A stretch of 64,000 nt of DNA from Paraspadella gotoi (GCA_051294375.1 CM119264.1:9869907-9933906); one strand, 5' to 3'; counted from the first letter of the stretch, positions 11,330 through 23,941 are shown. Numbers and translations: made by a program. The notes: generated from the sequence alone by a model not told the origin.

Positions 11330-14300
11330 ACACCTGAGTGATGTGTCTTGGGCCCACGGAGGAATCCCGCTCTTGTAGGCGGGTAACCAATATGGTAAGA
11401 GTGTCGGATTTTTGAATGGATATCACGAATTCTAAAACTGAAGGTCAGGATCGTAGATCGTCAATCGTTTTTTCAGCAGAAGTTAACCACGATCTTCGAC
11501 ATTCTTTTGAAACGAAAAGCTCAAAGAACTTTTCCAGGCGGAGCCAAATCCAATTGGCTCAGAGGGGGAAATCACACCCATCCGTAAGGGCGTGTGTTAG
11601 CATCCAACAGGATCATAAAACGGACTTACCTCTGATATGGCGCAAAAACAGGACGAGACCGATTGGTCCTATAAGGGTTATATCCGCGCCCAGTGACTGG
11701 ATTGCGTCACTGAGGGTCGGAGCCCCCCAAAGCAACACGTGAGATGCCCCATTGCCCAATGGGATCACAGGGGGCAACCCGGCTGTTTGCCATATCTCGT
11801 CTCTTATCTTTTATTTGCTACAACTCGTAGGCAGCGTACGACCTGTTTGTCCTTCCCTTGATCTGGGCAATTAGACCACTTATTGTCTTAACTTCCGGCG
11901 TGTAAGGCAACTCAATTCTGTTTCGATTATTATGGATCACGAAAGGAGTAAGCATGTACTAGTGCAGTCACGTGGATAACATTACAAGACTTGTGTAATC
12001 GTGCGCGTTTTCACCAATTGCACAAGAATTTAATAACTGAAGAATTTCATGGACGATACTGAGAATTTGCCGAGTTCCATTTTATATTAAAAACTGGCAA
12101 GAGTAGTCCTGTAAATCGCCTTTATTTTGGTACTTGTGTTAATACAATATACGGTGAAGTCATTGACCATATAGAAATACGGTCGGCGATCAGAAAAAAA
12201 TGTGGTATTTATCTTCGGTAGTTATTACTTGATTAGTTCTCTAAGTCAATTTATTGTTTACCACAAATACTAAGTAATACTTAATAAGAGCCTTGTCTGT
12301 GCTCAAGTGTAGCTCAGGTTATCAGTCGGGAAATGGCATGCATGAAAAACTTGAATTCTTTAACTTGTATTCCTGGTTTTCCTCTTTTTCTCTCTTTTCG
12401 TCATGTTCTTGGTTCTTTCTCAATCCTTATTAGTCGATCTGGTTATTTTTATTTTGTACGTCTTTAGGTAGTTTCGAGCGCTGTAACTGTACTTGAGACA
12501 TAAGATTGGACGCTCTTCGCCTCGTTCTGATTTCATTCATGCATAATTCGACTCAAGAGATTTAGAGATTTCAAGAAGATTCAATTTTTTTTTCGAACGT
12601 TTAATTTATAAGGGGAAGGGCCGGCCCGCCCTGGAAAACGCGATGACTAATCCGAGTATATTCTGGCTACAGAAATCAGCGGTCAGTCATGCCCTGTTAT
12701 GAATGTTTATGAATAGATTTCCCCCGCCCCCGAGATAGTAATTATAGGTATACTTATCCCAGCGTCGGAAACCCGTTTTTTTTTCACGAACAGATGACTC
12801 AATTCTACAATTAATAGACCAAATAAAAAATAACAAATATTAGTAAAAGATGAAAAATAAGTACAAATAAGCTATAAGGGTCAAAGCTTTATCACGCATA
12901 AAGTTGCAAATTTAGAGCACTCACTTGAAATATATTGAGGGAGAAAAGATGTGGGGACTGTGGACAATGACATGACATAACAGATGACTTTGAACATGAA
13001 ATTACAGGAGAATCATTATTGAAATTGGTACAACCAATATATAATTGTATAGTTCTCATTGATCGTAAAAGTTTTAATAAAAATAAGCTATCTTGCCCGA
13101 CCTTAGAATATAGACAGGGGCTTTGGTGGTTTAAAGGCCCGACTTCATACACTGCTTACATTGATAATTGAACAGAATCATTAACAGCAGGAGAATGCCC
13201 TGACAAGGCTATTTCAGAAATCAAGCTCTCTGCACACGCTCTCAGCACAAACTGCTCATCAACTCCTTCACATCGCTCACAAACAGTCTCGTTGATATCA
13301 CGTTGTTCCCCAGCATGTACTTGGGTTATATTATATCAGCATATGATCAAGTTTAATAATGATACGGCCATAATTTTTGATATAATATTTCAAAGAATGT
13401 TTAATTGGTATGAAATATATTATAATTCAACAAACAATTCACAGGGTTTGGGCAGACATGATGAAAAAAGGTTTATATAATGGAGGGCATGAATACAGAG
13501 AATAGAGGTTACTTGAGATGATAAAGATTGAGAGATGAGATTTCAGGTGGTAAGCGGTCTTGAATATATATCATCGAGAGGAATTCACAATTCAAGAAAG
13601 AAAAGAGAAACGAAAGGGCTAAAGCAGGATAAATCAGACCAATCGGAGATAAGATGCCGACACGGAGATACCAAACCGGGAATAAATCTCACCATCATCG
13701 CTCATTGGGATCGAATAACCAGTGGCGCACAGGGCCTATGGTAGGAATTATATGATACTGATCTAGCAAAACAATGGAACGTTGTCTGTCATGCTAGGCC
13801 GGAATGATAATCCTCGCTTTGGAGAATTGGGGGTAACATAATATGGCTCACGTGGTCAACAAAATGTTTATGATATCAGCTGGTGAGCGAGTCGTTAATT
13901 TTTCTATTCCTGGGGGATTGGATTTTTTCTCCTTTTTGATTATATTTGCATTTTCCGAGAGAATTTCAATATCGTCGAAACGAAAGCGATCGGTTTAATA
14001 AATTTTTCATCCTGGTAAGAAAAAAAATACAAGAAAAAATACTTCTATAAAAATAAAAAACGCTCAAGATAAAATTCTTTACTTTTTTTGGTAAGAGGAC
14101 ATTGTCTTGTATTACTCGTTAAGGCCGTCAGTTTCAAATTAGGAATAATGAATCTTTTTTTTTCCCAAACCTACCTCATAGACCTTTGTACCTCGTTTCT
14201 CAGTGGTGGGAAATTCACTTGAAAAGACAATATTTAAGTAGAAATCCATCAATCGAATGCGAAGAATATACAATTTTTTTTTTTGGATTTCTAACTATAA

Positions 14301-17300
14301 ATATAATATGTAACAAACCATAATTGTTTAGACGCTTGCCGCGTTTAAGAGAACCATCAATTGCTTGAGAGAGCTTTCAAAGAGTAAATAATTCTGGTTT
14401 TGGAAAGATTGTATATAAAGTATGGGGGTTTCAGGAGGTTCGACCCCTTTGCAATATATTTTGCCTTTCATCAAAAGTGCACAGAAGTGATAAATCTACT
14501 GAATTCCATAATTAGATCTAATTATTTTTTATTTCTCCTTAATTACCATATTATTATATTCCTACTCCAGTAGTTCTTATCTCAATAATCTTATATTTCT
14601 TATACTTAAGATCATATACAAAAAATAAAACTCTTTTACCTAACATATTCCTAATAGGTAGGGGTAGCGCAACATCAAGGGGGAAAAGAGGCAGAAGCAC
14701 CAAAAAAATATTATCACAGGGCGAGTACATGCTAACAAAAAATTTACTTAAGTGTATAAAAAAAATAAATGTAGATATGAAAAAAAAGACTTTCTTTCGT
14801 TGTTGTTATTTGGCGTTTATTGAGACTAAAGACCGAAATCTCTTTATACAATTCAACTTTTTAAGGTGCATACAAGTTTCGGCTTTCATTCAAGCCTCTC
14901 ATCAGTTGAATGAAACCAAAACACTTGTATGCACATGTTAAAATAAAAATCGTTGATGTTAAAAGATTTCGTCTTTAATCTCAAATTAAAAAATTTAAAA
15001 TTTAAACCAGAAATATTTTTAATAATAACTATAATTGAGTGTCATATATAAATTTAAGCAAAACTTTATTTTAATTGGTTTGTAAAAAATAAAAAAAATT
15101 CCTTGAAAATTTAATGTGCTTTTAAATTTTTTTACTAGTATCAGATTGACCATAATTTTCTAAATCGTATTGACCTTCTCCCCTCCTAAAAGAGAGTTTA
15201 TTCTGGGTCTGTAGCACCCACAAGAAATGGGTCCTTTTTGGGAGAAAAACGACCTAATTCCTGCTACTTTATTTTTCTAAACTAATTTAGTTTTAATATC
15301 TAATGATTAACTCATAATCTTTTATCAAATTACCCTTTACTGAATAATTCGCTTTTAAAAGCCTAATCTGACTGTGCATTAGAGATTTACGTTAATCTAA
15401 AAAACTAAAACACCATATTGATTATACATGTTAAACCCTCACGATTAAACGCTTTAATAAACTAATGAGCGAGAAACAACATTAATTGCCATAAACCAAG
15501 TTAGATTACGCAAGAAAGAAAGACTCCCATAGACTAAATCCCAGAATACACAAGATAAATGGGTTCGACGAAGATAACAACCAATTTCTTGTAACTGTGA
15601 TACCCTTTAATTTTATGGGTTTTGTTAATAGTTTATTATAACTAATTTAAACCTCTAATCGGGGAGGCAGGAAATGGAGGCGCTTTCGAAAAATAGTTAA
15701 AAAACTTAATCTCTGTATTTTTTTGGGTAACACAACCTCAGACCACCCTTAGTAATTTTTATTCCTTGGAATAAAATGGCAACAATCAAGCTATATTCTC
15801 AACATGCGTTCTTAATTGGCAATTAGGACTTAGTAAACGGATGTTTACACCACCGCTCAATTACTTAACGCGGAATCTCTTTATTTAAGAAGGATAGGTT
15901 GGTTGGCTTTTATGCGTCCTTATTGGATGCACTTCGCCGTCTCCTCGGATCTACTCTGCTTGGAAGATTCATTTTTCCAAATATAAAATCATGTTATCCT
16001 ACCTAATTTCTTCGGAAATTGGGATGTTGCGATGGTCAAATGATCGCATTGCATCTAGTTGGGTTTGGGAAATGTTGCTTTTGATGATCAGCATTTATAA
16101 CGATTGAAGGTACTGCCACTATGATTAATTGGTCAACTGGATTAGTCGTTTCATAGTCCATTAAAGTCAGCAAAACAAATGTGCTTGTTCATTTTTTGAA
16201 TAATGAATGAATGAATGATGAATGATGATGTTAATGAATGAAATGAAAATTGTTTATGTATATTGTAACAAATTTTTGAATTTTGCTCGTAGTAAAAAAA
16301 TATTTCTTAAATGAGTAGTATATGGTTTATCATTAGCATTAATAGTGTATCTTCAAACTTTTTAGCGTCTAAAACAAATATTTTTCTAATCATAATCTTT
16401 TGTAACATTCAATAATAAAAATGGTCTTTTCCAAGTATGTATACTTTTCCGCACTTTTAAAAAAAAATTATATTTCAAAAAACATTTTTCCCCCCCATTT
16501 TCCGCCCGCTTTCTTCCCAACGTCTTAATCTTTTCGTATACCGCACATTGACATTTTATGACATGATGCCCTCAATTATTATAAATATATGTATCCTCAT
16601 TAATGAAATTTATGAACAAATGCATATCTCATTTTTTTAATTTTATGGCCTGGCATCCCTCAATCATTTAAATTGATGACATTGCATATTTGGATTTTAA
16701 AGTAATTCTAATAGAATTTCCACGGTGAATATTGCCCAACAGCAAATTTTCTTCTCAAAAATCTTAAATTTGCTTCACGTTTTTTCTCGAGTCCATGGCC
16801 CGCAACTTTTGGCTACAAACGTCCCGTCATCAATTCTTACTTTTGGACGAACGATTTGGGGGACGAAAACTCTGGTGTTTGCAACCGAAGATCCGTTATG
16901 GTTCTTTTGCCAAAAAAACCTGACTTCGAAAAAAATAATAATTGGGGTTGGATTTTGGCGGAATTAGCGGGGATATGGTTTTCATTCAATAATCACTGGT
17001 ACTAAATTGCCAGTGCGCTCCTTTTTAATCAAAAAGCAACGAAGGAGAGGAGCTGCTAGATTGGTTCAATCTTCTGCTCCTGAGTCAAGGAGGAACAATG
17101 AAAAATTTTTGTTTCGGGGGGCGGGCTAAAGGCGGGCGACCTTGTTGCTGGATTTAGAATATTTGGAAACTAAAATTAAACTCTAGTGGACAATGATCCT
17201 CTAAAGTCCGATAAAAAAAGTTTTATTTCTCAGGGAAATCACATTATGTCATTATCTCAAATTCTTGTGCACAGGTGATGATAGGCGTCTTAACACCTCC

Positions 17301-19855
17301 GAGCATTGCTCTGTTGAGAGTACAATACTTCTAGCCCTGTCCCAAAGTCTGGGGCAAGAATATCGGCTACTTTTAATTGAATGAATAATTAATGAATGAT
17401 GATTTTTTATTTGTTTGCTGGTACTTCAATTAATATGATATAAGGGTCCCTTAATATGTCGAGGTCGCGAAATTCTATTTATTTAAATGATTAGCCAATC
17501 TGTTAAATTTAAAAAGCTGATACATCTCGTTCTTTGGTTTTACCCTCTTTTTAATTTATTTTCCCTTTTTACCATCACAATTTCTCTATACTTAATTGAA
17601 TATTTTGTGTTACACCGCACCAATTATGGGAAGTTTATCATTCATTTAATTAAGAAGGCTATCTTTGGCCCCTGACTTTTTGACCAGCTTTGGTAGTTTA
17701 AGGTCTCCCATCAACTCCCCTTTACAACTTCCCACATCAAAGACTCTCCACGCTCTCTCACTCTGCAGTCCACTAACTCAATTCACTCGCCAGAGGATCT
17801 GGTCTTAACTATCAAATGACGGTTGTATTGGTGTGTGCTTGGGTCATAATTCAGCGAGTAATCAAACTTATAATTTTCTATTCTCATTTTCTACATTTGT
17901 TTGGCTAGATAGTGGCCATTTGGATGCCCCGGCAATTTCAAATGGAACATTAATTAAATCTTCACGGGGGTGGTATAATCTCTCACAATGTTTTTCTCCT
18001 TTCAAAAATGTTTTGCCAAACAATTATGGTAGGTTTACCCCTTGTGCAATGCAATGCGTCCGGCTTTGACTGTTGTTCCGTTCTGATATCTTTCTTTTCT
18101 TATAAGATTATTTAATATAATATGCTAGCCTAAATAAAGTTTTGCTCCTATAGAGATTCCACTTATGGTGCCCTATTCTGTTTTATTCAACTTGTCTTCT
18201 TTTAAGGGTTTTTACAAAACATAAGTTGATAAATGAATATTTGTAATATTTTTTTCTCGGTGATACGCATCGGCGAGTTATATACCTAAAAACAGCAATC
18301 AATCAATCACCGGGGGATTAATTACGTCGAGAAAAAATGACCTAAACTTTCTACAAACTAGATCTTAGCGCCGTGGTCACTTTATATTAGATTCCTATTT
18401 ATCTTTCTTTTTTTTCTTTTGGTTGTCGCTATTTATTTCTGACTGTGTCGGAATCTTGTGTAGATATTGAATTCCTAATCTGTTCCACAAGTAGCACTGC
18501 CAAATCTTTCATTATTACCCGAATAACCGACGTTTTTTTTGGTGGTAAAAAAAATGTACGCGATTTAATCTCCTTTGATCCTAGTTATTTTTGTTGTCGG
18601 ATACGATTTTTTTAGCGTGTTCTTTACCCGAAATTCGAATTTTGTATTGGAGAAAATACTCCTCACAGATTCCTTTAGCATAGCGAATGTAGGGATTAAC
18701 AATTAAATATTCATCTGAAATCACTAAAATTGTTATAGGGGGGTGGAAATGATAAATTTTTTAAAAATGATGTAAAAGGAATATATATGAGCAATAAATT
18801 CACTTAAAATCTCTTTTAGGACATTTTGGGATAAAAATACTTTATAATACAGAAATTACGTTGTGAGAAAATTAAACCCAGGCATCCAACCTCTTCGGGA
18901 AATTATCTCCTAATTCCCAAAGATAGCGATAACGGCGATCCAACATAGTCACGGGCGTTCTTCGGGTTTGTAACACGATTTTACTGGGGCTGATTAGATA
19001 CATCTCTTAGTATTCTTGTTACTCTGCACTATTAATTTTTGATTGTAAAAAAAAGTTCAGTGAAGGAATTCTTATTGGGGTTTAGATTTCTCTTCTTTAA
19101 CCGATAATCTCTTAATGTTCCTTTATGACTTAATCATTATATTTGTTACGTTTCTCTTTTCATTTGCTTTCATTCAAAAATTTTATATATTTTCTACCGT
19201 TATTACTATCTCCGCGTCTCACATTGGTCATGAAAATTATCCTTAATTTCGCATCTAAATGTATATTCCAGTTTACTCCTTTTTTGGCTTAATTATGAAC
19301 CTTTTTTTTACCGACTCCAAGTAAAGGCTATTAAAGACGAAATGGATGCTTTTATTTCTAAGTAAAACTTCCAACTGTATGAATCTCATTGTTCTCTACC
19401 TTTTTTCAATTTTTTAAGCTTAATATCCAAGTATTCTTCTTTAGTGTAACGATGATAGTAATCTGGTTCTATTTAATACTGGGACAATTTATATTCGTGA
19501 AAGAACTGCACAGATCTCACAATGGGCATTTCCCTACGTTTTTTTAATTTTCGTATACTGGGGGCATAGGTTCTTTTCTTTCATCATTCCCATTACAGTA
19601 TATATTTTTATAAATATATATTTTTTCTGGAACAAAATAATTACGGTACATCTCAAGTAGTTAGAAGCCAATTCAACTGCGTTAACACAATCGTTTTCAA
19701 GAGTGTGCCGAACCCTTTCATTATTTAATTTTTCTCTCACATTCTCCATCCAATCTTTCCCTTTTTGTTTTACGACACGAATGGCGACTTACTTCTCTTG
19801 TGTCCTTTCTATTCTTGTTTATCTCTCAAGCTCTCATAAAATAATCGGACATTCT
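11330..19855 (+). repeat. Noisy insertion-expanded duplicate of ~22627-29090 (3' LTR of the TRIM, intergenic DNA, most of the XK-like gene); probable uncorrected long-read gap fill
   Basis: Colinear throughout (e.g. ATGGCAACAATCAAGCTAT at ~15776 vs 26045); about 8.4 kb vs 6.5 kb owing to scattered insertions; all frames broken; ends at the 25-N gap 19856-19880. Confidence 0.8.
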
Positions 19856-20280
19856 NNNNNNNNNNNNNNNNNNNNNNNNNCCTCGTCGTTACAGTCCCGA
19901 TCCAGACGAAATCTAATCTCTCTCTCCTCAATCAAGGAGAAAGAGTCAGAAGGGAACGCGTCCGCTCTCGGATTCTTGAAAGGGAGGTAGGAGGGAGTTG
20001 GGAGGGAGGAATGAGAAGAGAGAGATGGTAGGTGGGAGGGAGAAGAGGGAGGTAGGAGGGTGGACGGAGAAGAGGGAGGTGGGAGGGAGGAGGAAATAGA
20101 GAATTATGATGAGTTCTGTAGTTTAAATATTGCCAGTGAAAAGTCGCCTAGTTAATAATTTTACTAAATGACCTAAATGACCTTATAGTTACTTATAAAA
20201 TGCGAATTAAATTAGCTAAGATTGATAAGAAATTAAAAATGAGAAAGTAGCAGCGAAACCATAAAGAATACATATATCTT

Positions 20281-20358
<78 letters not shown>

Positions 20359-20381
20359 CATCTATCTATCTATCTATCTAT
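20281..20381. repeat. (TCTA)n microsatellite
   Basis: Read directly. Confidence 0.95.
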
Positions 20382-20654
20382 AAATCAATAGATATCGTCA
20401 TCTAACTCTCTATCAATCTGTCTATCTGCATATCTCTTTTTATTTTTTGTAAAAATCAATTGATTTGTCCATTTTCTTATTAAACAATATTAAAAAATCT
20501 ACAACTTTCTTTATTCTTTTCTAAGTTTCCTTCTTTTTCTCCTTCCCTCTGAAAAAAAAAATGAGTGTCCAGCCCAGATTGCGAAAGAAGTGTTGGAAAA
20601 AAAGAGAAAGAGAGAAAGAGTGAAAGAGAGATAGAGTTAGAGAAGAAAAAGATG

Positions 20655-20707
<53 letters not shown>

Positions 20708-21571
20708 TGAGAGAGAAAAAAGGACGAAAAAAAATAAGAAAGGCTCTAGGCAAAGAAAAAAAAGGAAATGAGAGGAAAGAGAGAGAAAGTGAGAATGGTG
20801 GGAAAATTAGGAAAAGAAGCCTAAAAGATTTATTCATGGCTTTGCTTTGTGCAAAGAAAAAAATTAGAAAAAACTAGAGCAGAGAAAAGAAGAGAGAGAG
20901 AGAGAGAGACGAGAGAGAGAGAAGAGAGAGAGAGAGAAAGAGAGAAAGAGAGATAGAGAGAAAGAGAGAGAGAAGAGAGAAAGAGAGAGAGAGATAGACA
21001 GAGAGAGATCGCTAGACATAAAGAAATACAAAAATAGCATGAAAGAGAGAGAAAAAGGGAGAGATAGACAGGCAGACAGACAGGGTGGCGCTCTTAATTA
21101 AAATGAGAGGGTGCAGAAATAGACGTCAATCTCCGATAGATACGCCGTGTTATTTCTAGATTATCCTGGTTCTTCTTTTCTTTTCTCCTCTCTTTCTTCT
21201 TCCTTTTCTCTCCCCCTCTATTTACCCTATCTCCTCTTCTCTAACTCATCCTCTCCCATCATCACCTTCGCCTTCAGATTTGCTTCAGGGTCCAACACTT
21301 TTTGCCTGAAACCCGACGGGGCCCGGCGCGAGCCTTGACGATGATTAATTAGCGGGGCCCCATCGACCGTGTCTCCTGTTTCCTTACAGAAGGGCCGGAA
21401 AATCTGCGAGAGAGAGAGAGAAATAGAGGGAGAGAGAGAGAGAGAGAGAGGGGGGGGAGGGTAAAAAATAGACACTAATGAGAGGCGCGGAGGTTATTAA
21501 GAAGAAGATGAGAGAAAGGCGATAAAAAGATAAGGTGAGAAGTGATAGTGACAAAGTGAGAGAGAGTGAGA

Positions 21572-21611
<40 letters not shown>

Positions 21612-22207
21612 AAAAAGTTTTTTGAAGATATAATAATGGTCTTGAGCTGATGGTTTTACTCATTGAGCCACCGACTGAAGGTGACGTGCTCCTTAATGGG
21701 GTGAACTTATTGCAATGCCTACAACCATGAGATAAAAAAGAATTTTAAGCGGCACCTATTTTCTTAATATCTTAACATATTTTTAGTTAAATCACTAAAT
21801 CGAGAAACGTAATCTAAACTGAATGTTTTCATTTTCTTCCTCTTCCACATCCCCTTCCTCGATTGTTTTCATCCTCGTCATTCTTCAAGTATTTTTTTTT
21901 TCCGCGTGAAAAGAGAAAAAAGTTGGTAAATGAAGATTTTCCTCATCCGCAAGCGACGATGAGAACGACGACGACGACGCCACCTCGTGGGAAAAAAAAA
22001 GATAATTTGCGAGGAGCGTAAATCTCGCGTCTTCTTTCGGCGCGCCTTCGTGACGTCATAAAAACGCGTCATTGTTACGAGACTGGCGCTCGAGGGTTGG
22101 GCGAACTCTTGAGTTGGGCTGGCGACGTTACAAGAGCATTGGCGGGCGAGATTTTGCGAAAGCTCGAGAGATTAAAAGAGATGAAGATGTCCGAAATATT
22201 ATGCTCG

Positions 22208-22463
22208 TGTGGCGGTATATTCACACCGCCTCACGTCCACCCACCTTTCAGCCAAATCTCATTGGCTCAGAGGGGGAACACACCATCCCAGGCGTAGTGT
22301 TCCATCCACAGTCCTAATGACTTCCCTCTGCGTTGGCAAAGCGAGACCGTCCTAGGGTAACCGCGCCAGTGACTGGAGGCGTCACTGAGGGTCGGAAGCC
22401 CCCAAAGCCAACAGTGAGATGCCCATCCCAATGGGCATCACAGGCAACCCGGCTGTTGCCATA
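22208..22463 (+). repeat. 5' LTR (256 bp)
   Basis: Near-identical to 22657-22911, with only a handful of substitutions and 1-nt indels; several internal hairpins. Confidence 0.9.
22332..22412 (+). ncRNA. Twister ribozyme, circular permutation type P5 (copy 1); predicted cleavage U22358|A22359
   Basis: Hand fold: P5 GUUGGC(22332-37)/GCCAAC(22407-12); P2 GCG(A)(22341-44)/(C)CGC(22361-64); conserved G22345-A22346; T1 CCG(22347-49)/CGG(22393-95); tiny P1 hairpin UCCUAGGG; UAA(22358-60); T2 GC(22365-66)/GC(22398-99); P3 CAGUGAC/GUCACUG; P4 GGG-UCGGAAGC-CCC, matching the twister GG-U-NNN-AA-GC-CC pattern. Confidence 0.8.
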
Positions 22464-22465
22464 AG

Positions 22466-22484
22466 TGGTGAGCCTACTATCGAA
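22466..22484 (+). promoter_or_regulatory. Primer-binding-site-like sequence
   Basis: TGGTGAGCC...TCGAAC 2 nt downstream of LTR1. TGG is the complement of the tRNA CCA end; resembles the complement of tRNA-Arg(ACG) 3' ends (TGGCGAGCC). tRNA assignment uncertain. Confidence 0.55.
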
Positions 22485-22656
22485 CACGCAACCTTCTCAG
22501 GGTACGCTACGACAAACGCCTATGCCCCTGGGGTACGCTACGACAAACGCCTATGCCCCCACAACTCGCGCTCTCTCTCTCTCCCACTATGGTAACAGTC
22601 TTGTCAGACACCTCTCAGCGCTTGAGGAACCTGAGTGATGTCTTGGCCCGGGATCC

Positions 22657-22911
22657 TGTGGCGGTATATTCACACCGCCTCACGTCCACCATCCTTCAGC
22701 CAAATCCATTGGCTCAGAGGGGGAACACACCATCCCAGGCGTAGTGTTCCATCCACAGTCTAACGACTTCCCTCTGCGTTGGCAAAGCGAGACCGTCCTA
22801 GGGTAACCGCGCCAGTGACTGGATGCGTCACTGAGGGTCGGAAGCCCCCAAAGCCAACACGTGAGATGCCCCATCCCAATGGGCATCACAGGCAACCCGG
22901 CTGTTGCCATA
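22657..22911 (+). repeat. 3' LTR (255 bp)
   Basis: Direct repeat of 22208-22463, followed by TSD CTCG. No convincing polypurine tract upstream. Confidence 0.9.
22778..22858 (+). ncRNA. Twister ribozyme type P5 (copy 2); predicted cleavage U22804|A22805
   Basis: Same fold as copy 1; the only change inside the motif is in the variable P3 loop (UGGAUGC vs UGGAGGC). Confidence 0.8.
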
Positions 22912-23941
22912 CTCGTCTCTTATCTTTTTATTTGCACCGCGCGTACACCGTCTGTCTCTTGATCTGCCCCACTTATGTCTTAACCCGGGTGATAAGGCAA
23001 TCAATTCTGTTCATATTTGGTAGAAAGGTAAGATGTACTAGTGCAGTCACGTGATCACTTGAAAACGCGTTCACATGACCAGAAATTTAATACTGAAGAA
23101 TTCATGACATACTGAATCACTGATTGCCGAGTCATTTTATTTAAAACTGGCAAGGTATCTGTAAATGCCTTTTTGTACTTGTGTATAATAATCGTGAAGT
23201 CATATGACCATATAGAAATACGGTCGCGCGATCAGAAAAAAAATGTGGTATTATTCGGGTTATTCTTGATTAGTTTAGTCAATATTTTACAAATACTAAG
23301 TAATACTAATAAGATGCTTGTTGTGCATAAGTGTAGTCAGGTTATCAGTCGGGAAATGCATCCATGAAAAAACTTGAATCCTTTAACTTGTATTCCTGGT
23401 TTTCCTCTTTTTCTCTCTTTCTCGCTCATGTTCTTGGTTCTTTCTCAATCCTTGATTAGTCGATCTGTTATTTTTACGTTTTAGTTTCGCTGTACTTGAG
23501 ACTAGATTGAAACGTTTCGCTCGTTCTGATTACATTCATCATAATTCGACTCAAGAGATTTAGAGATTCAGAGATTCAAGTTTTCACGTTTAATTTATAA
23601 GGAACGGGCGCCGCCTGGAACGCGATACTCCGAGTATATTCTGGCACAAAATCAGCGGCAGATCATGCCCGTTATGATTTTATGAATAATTTCCCCCCCC
23701 CGAGATATATATAGTATATATACCATTTTTCACACAATGACTCAATTCTACAATTAATAAGACCCAAATAAAAAAATAACAAATATTAAGTAAAATGAAA
23801 ATAAGTACAAATAAGTAAAGTCAAAGCTTATCACGCATAAGTTGCAAATTTAGAGATATTGATATATTGAGGAGAAGTGTGGACTGTGGACATGACATGA
23901 CATAACAGAGACTTGAACATGAATTTACAGGAGATCATTAT

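Larger units (their letters stand above)
22208..22911 (+). mobile_element. Non-autonomous LTR retroelement (TRIM / LTR-retrozyme-like) with a twister ribozyme in each LTR
   Basis: Direct repeats 22208-22463 and 22657-22911 with TGTGGC...GCCATA termini; 4-bp TSD CTCG at 22204-22207 and 22912-22915; TGG-starting PBS-like site 2 nt after LTR1; 193-bp non-coding interior containing a ~30-bp tandem duplication (GGGTACGCTACGACAAACGCCTATGCCCC). Confidence 0.85.

Noticed and set aside
15776-19750. Second XK gene or pseudogene paralogue
   Set aside because: Insertion-dominated noise in both exons and introns and termination at a 25-N gap point to raw long-read sequence of the same locus.
22464-22656. 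Hammerhead or minus-strand ribozyme inside the TRIM (CTGAGTGA at ~22631, CTAATGA at ~22314)
   Set aside because: No stem II plus GAAA partner at a suitable distance on either strand.
22072-23054. Short ORFs overlapping the TRIM
   Set aside because: Frames are not conserved between the two LTRs (1-nt indels) and show no gag/pol similarity.
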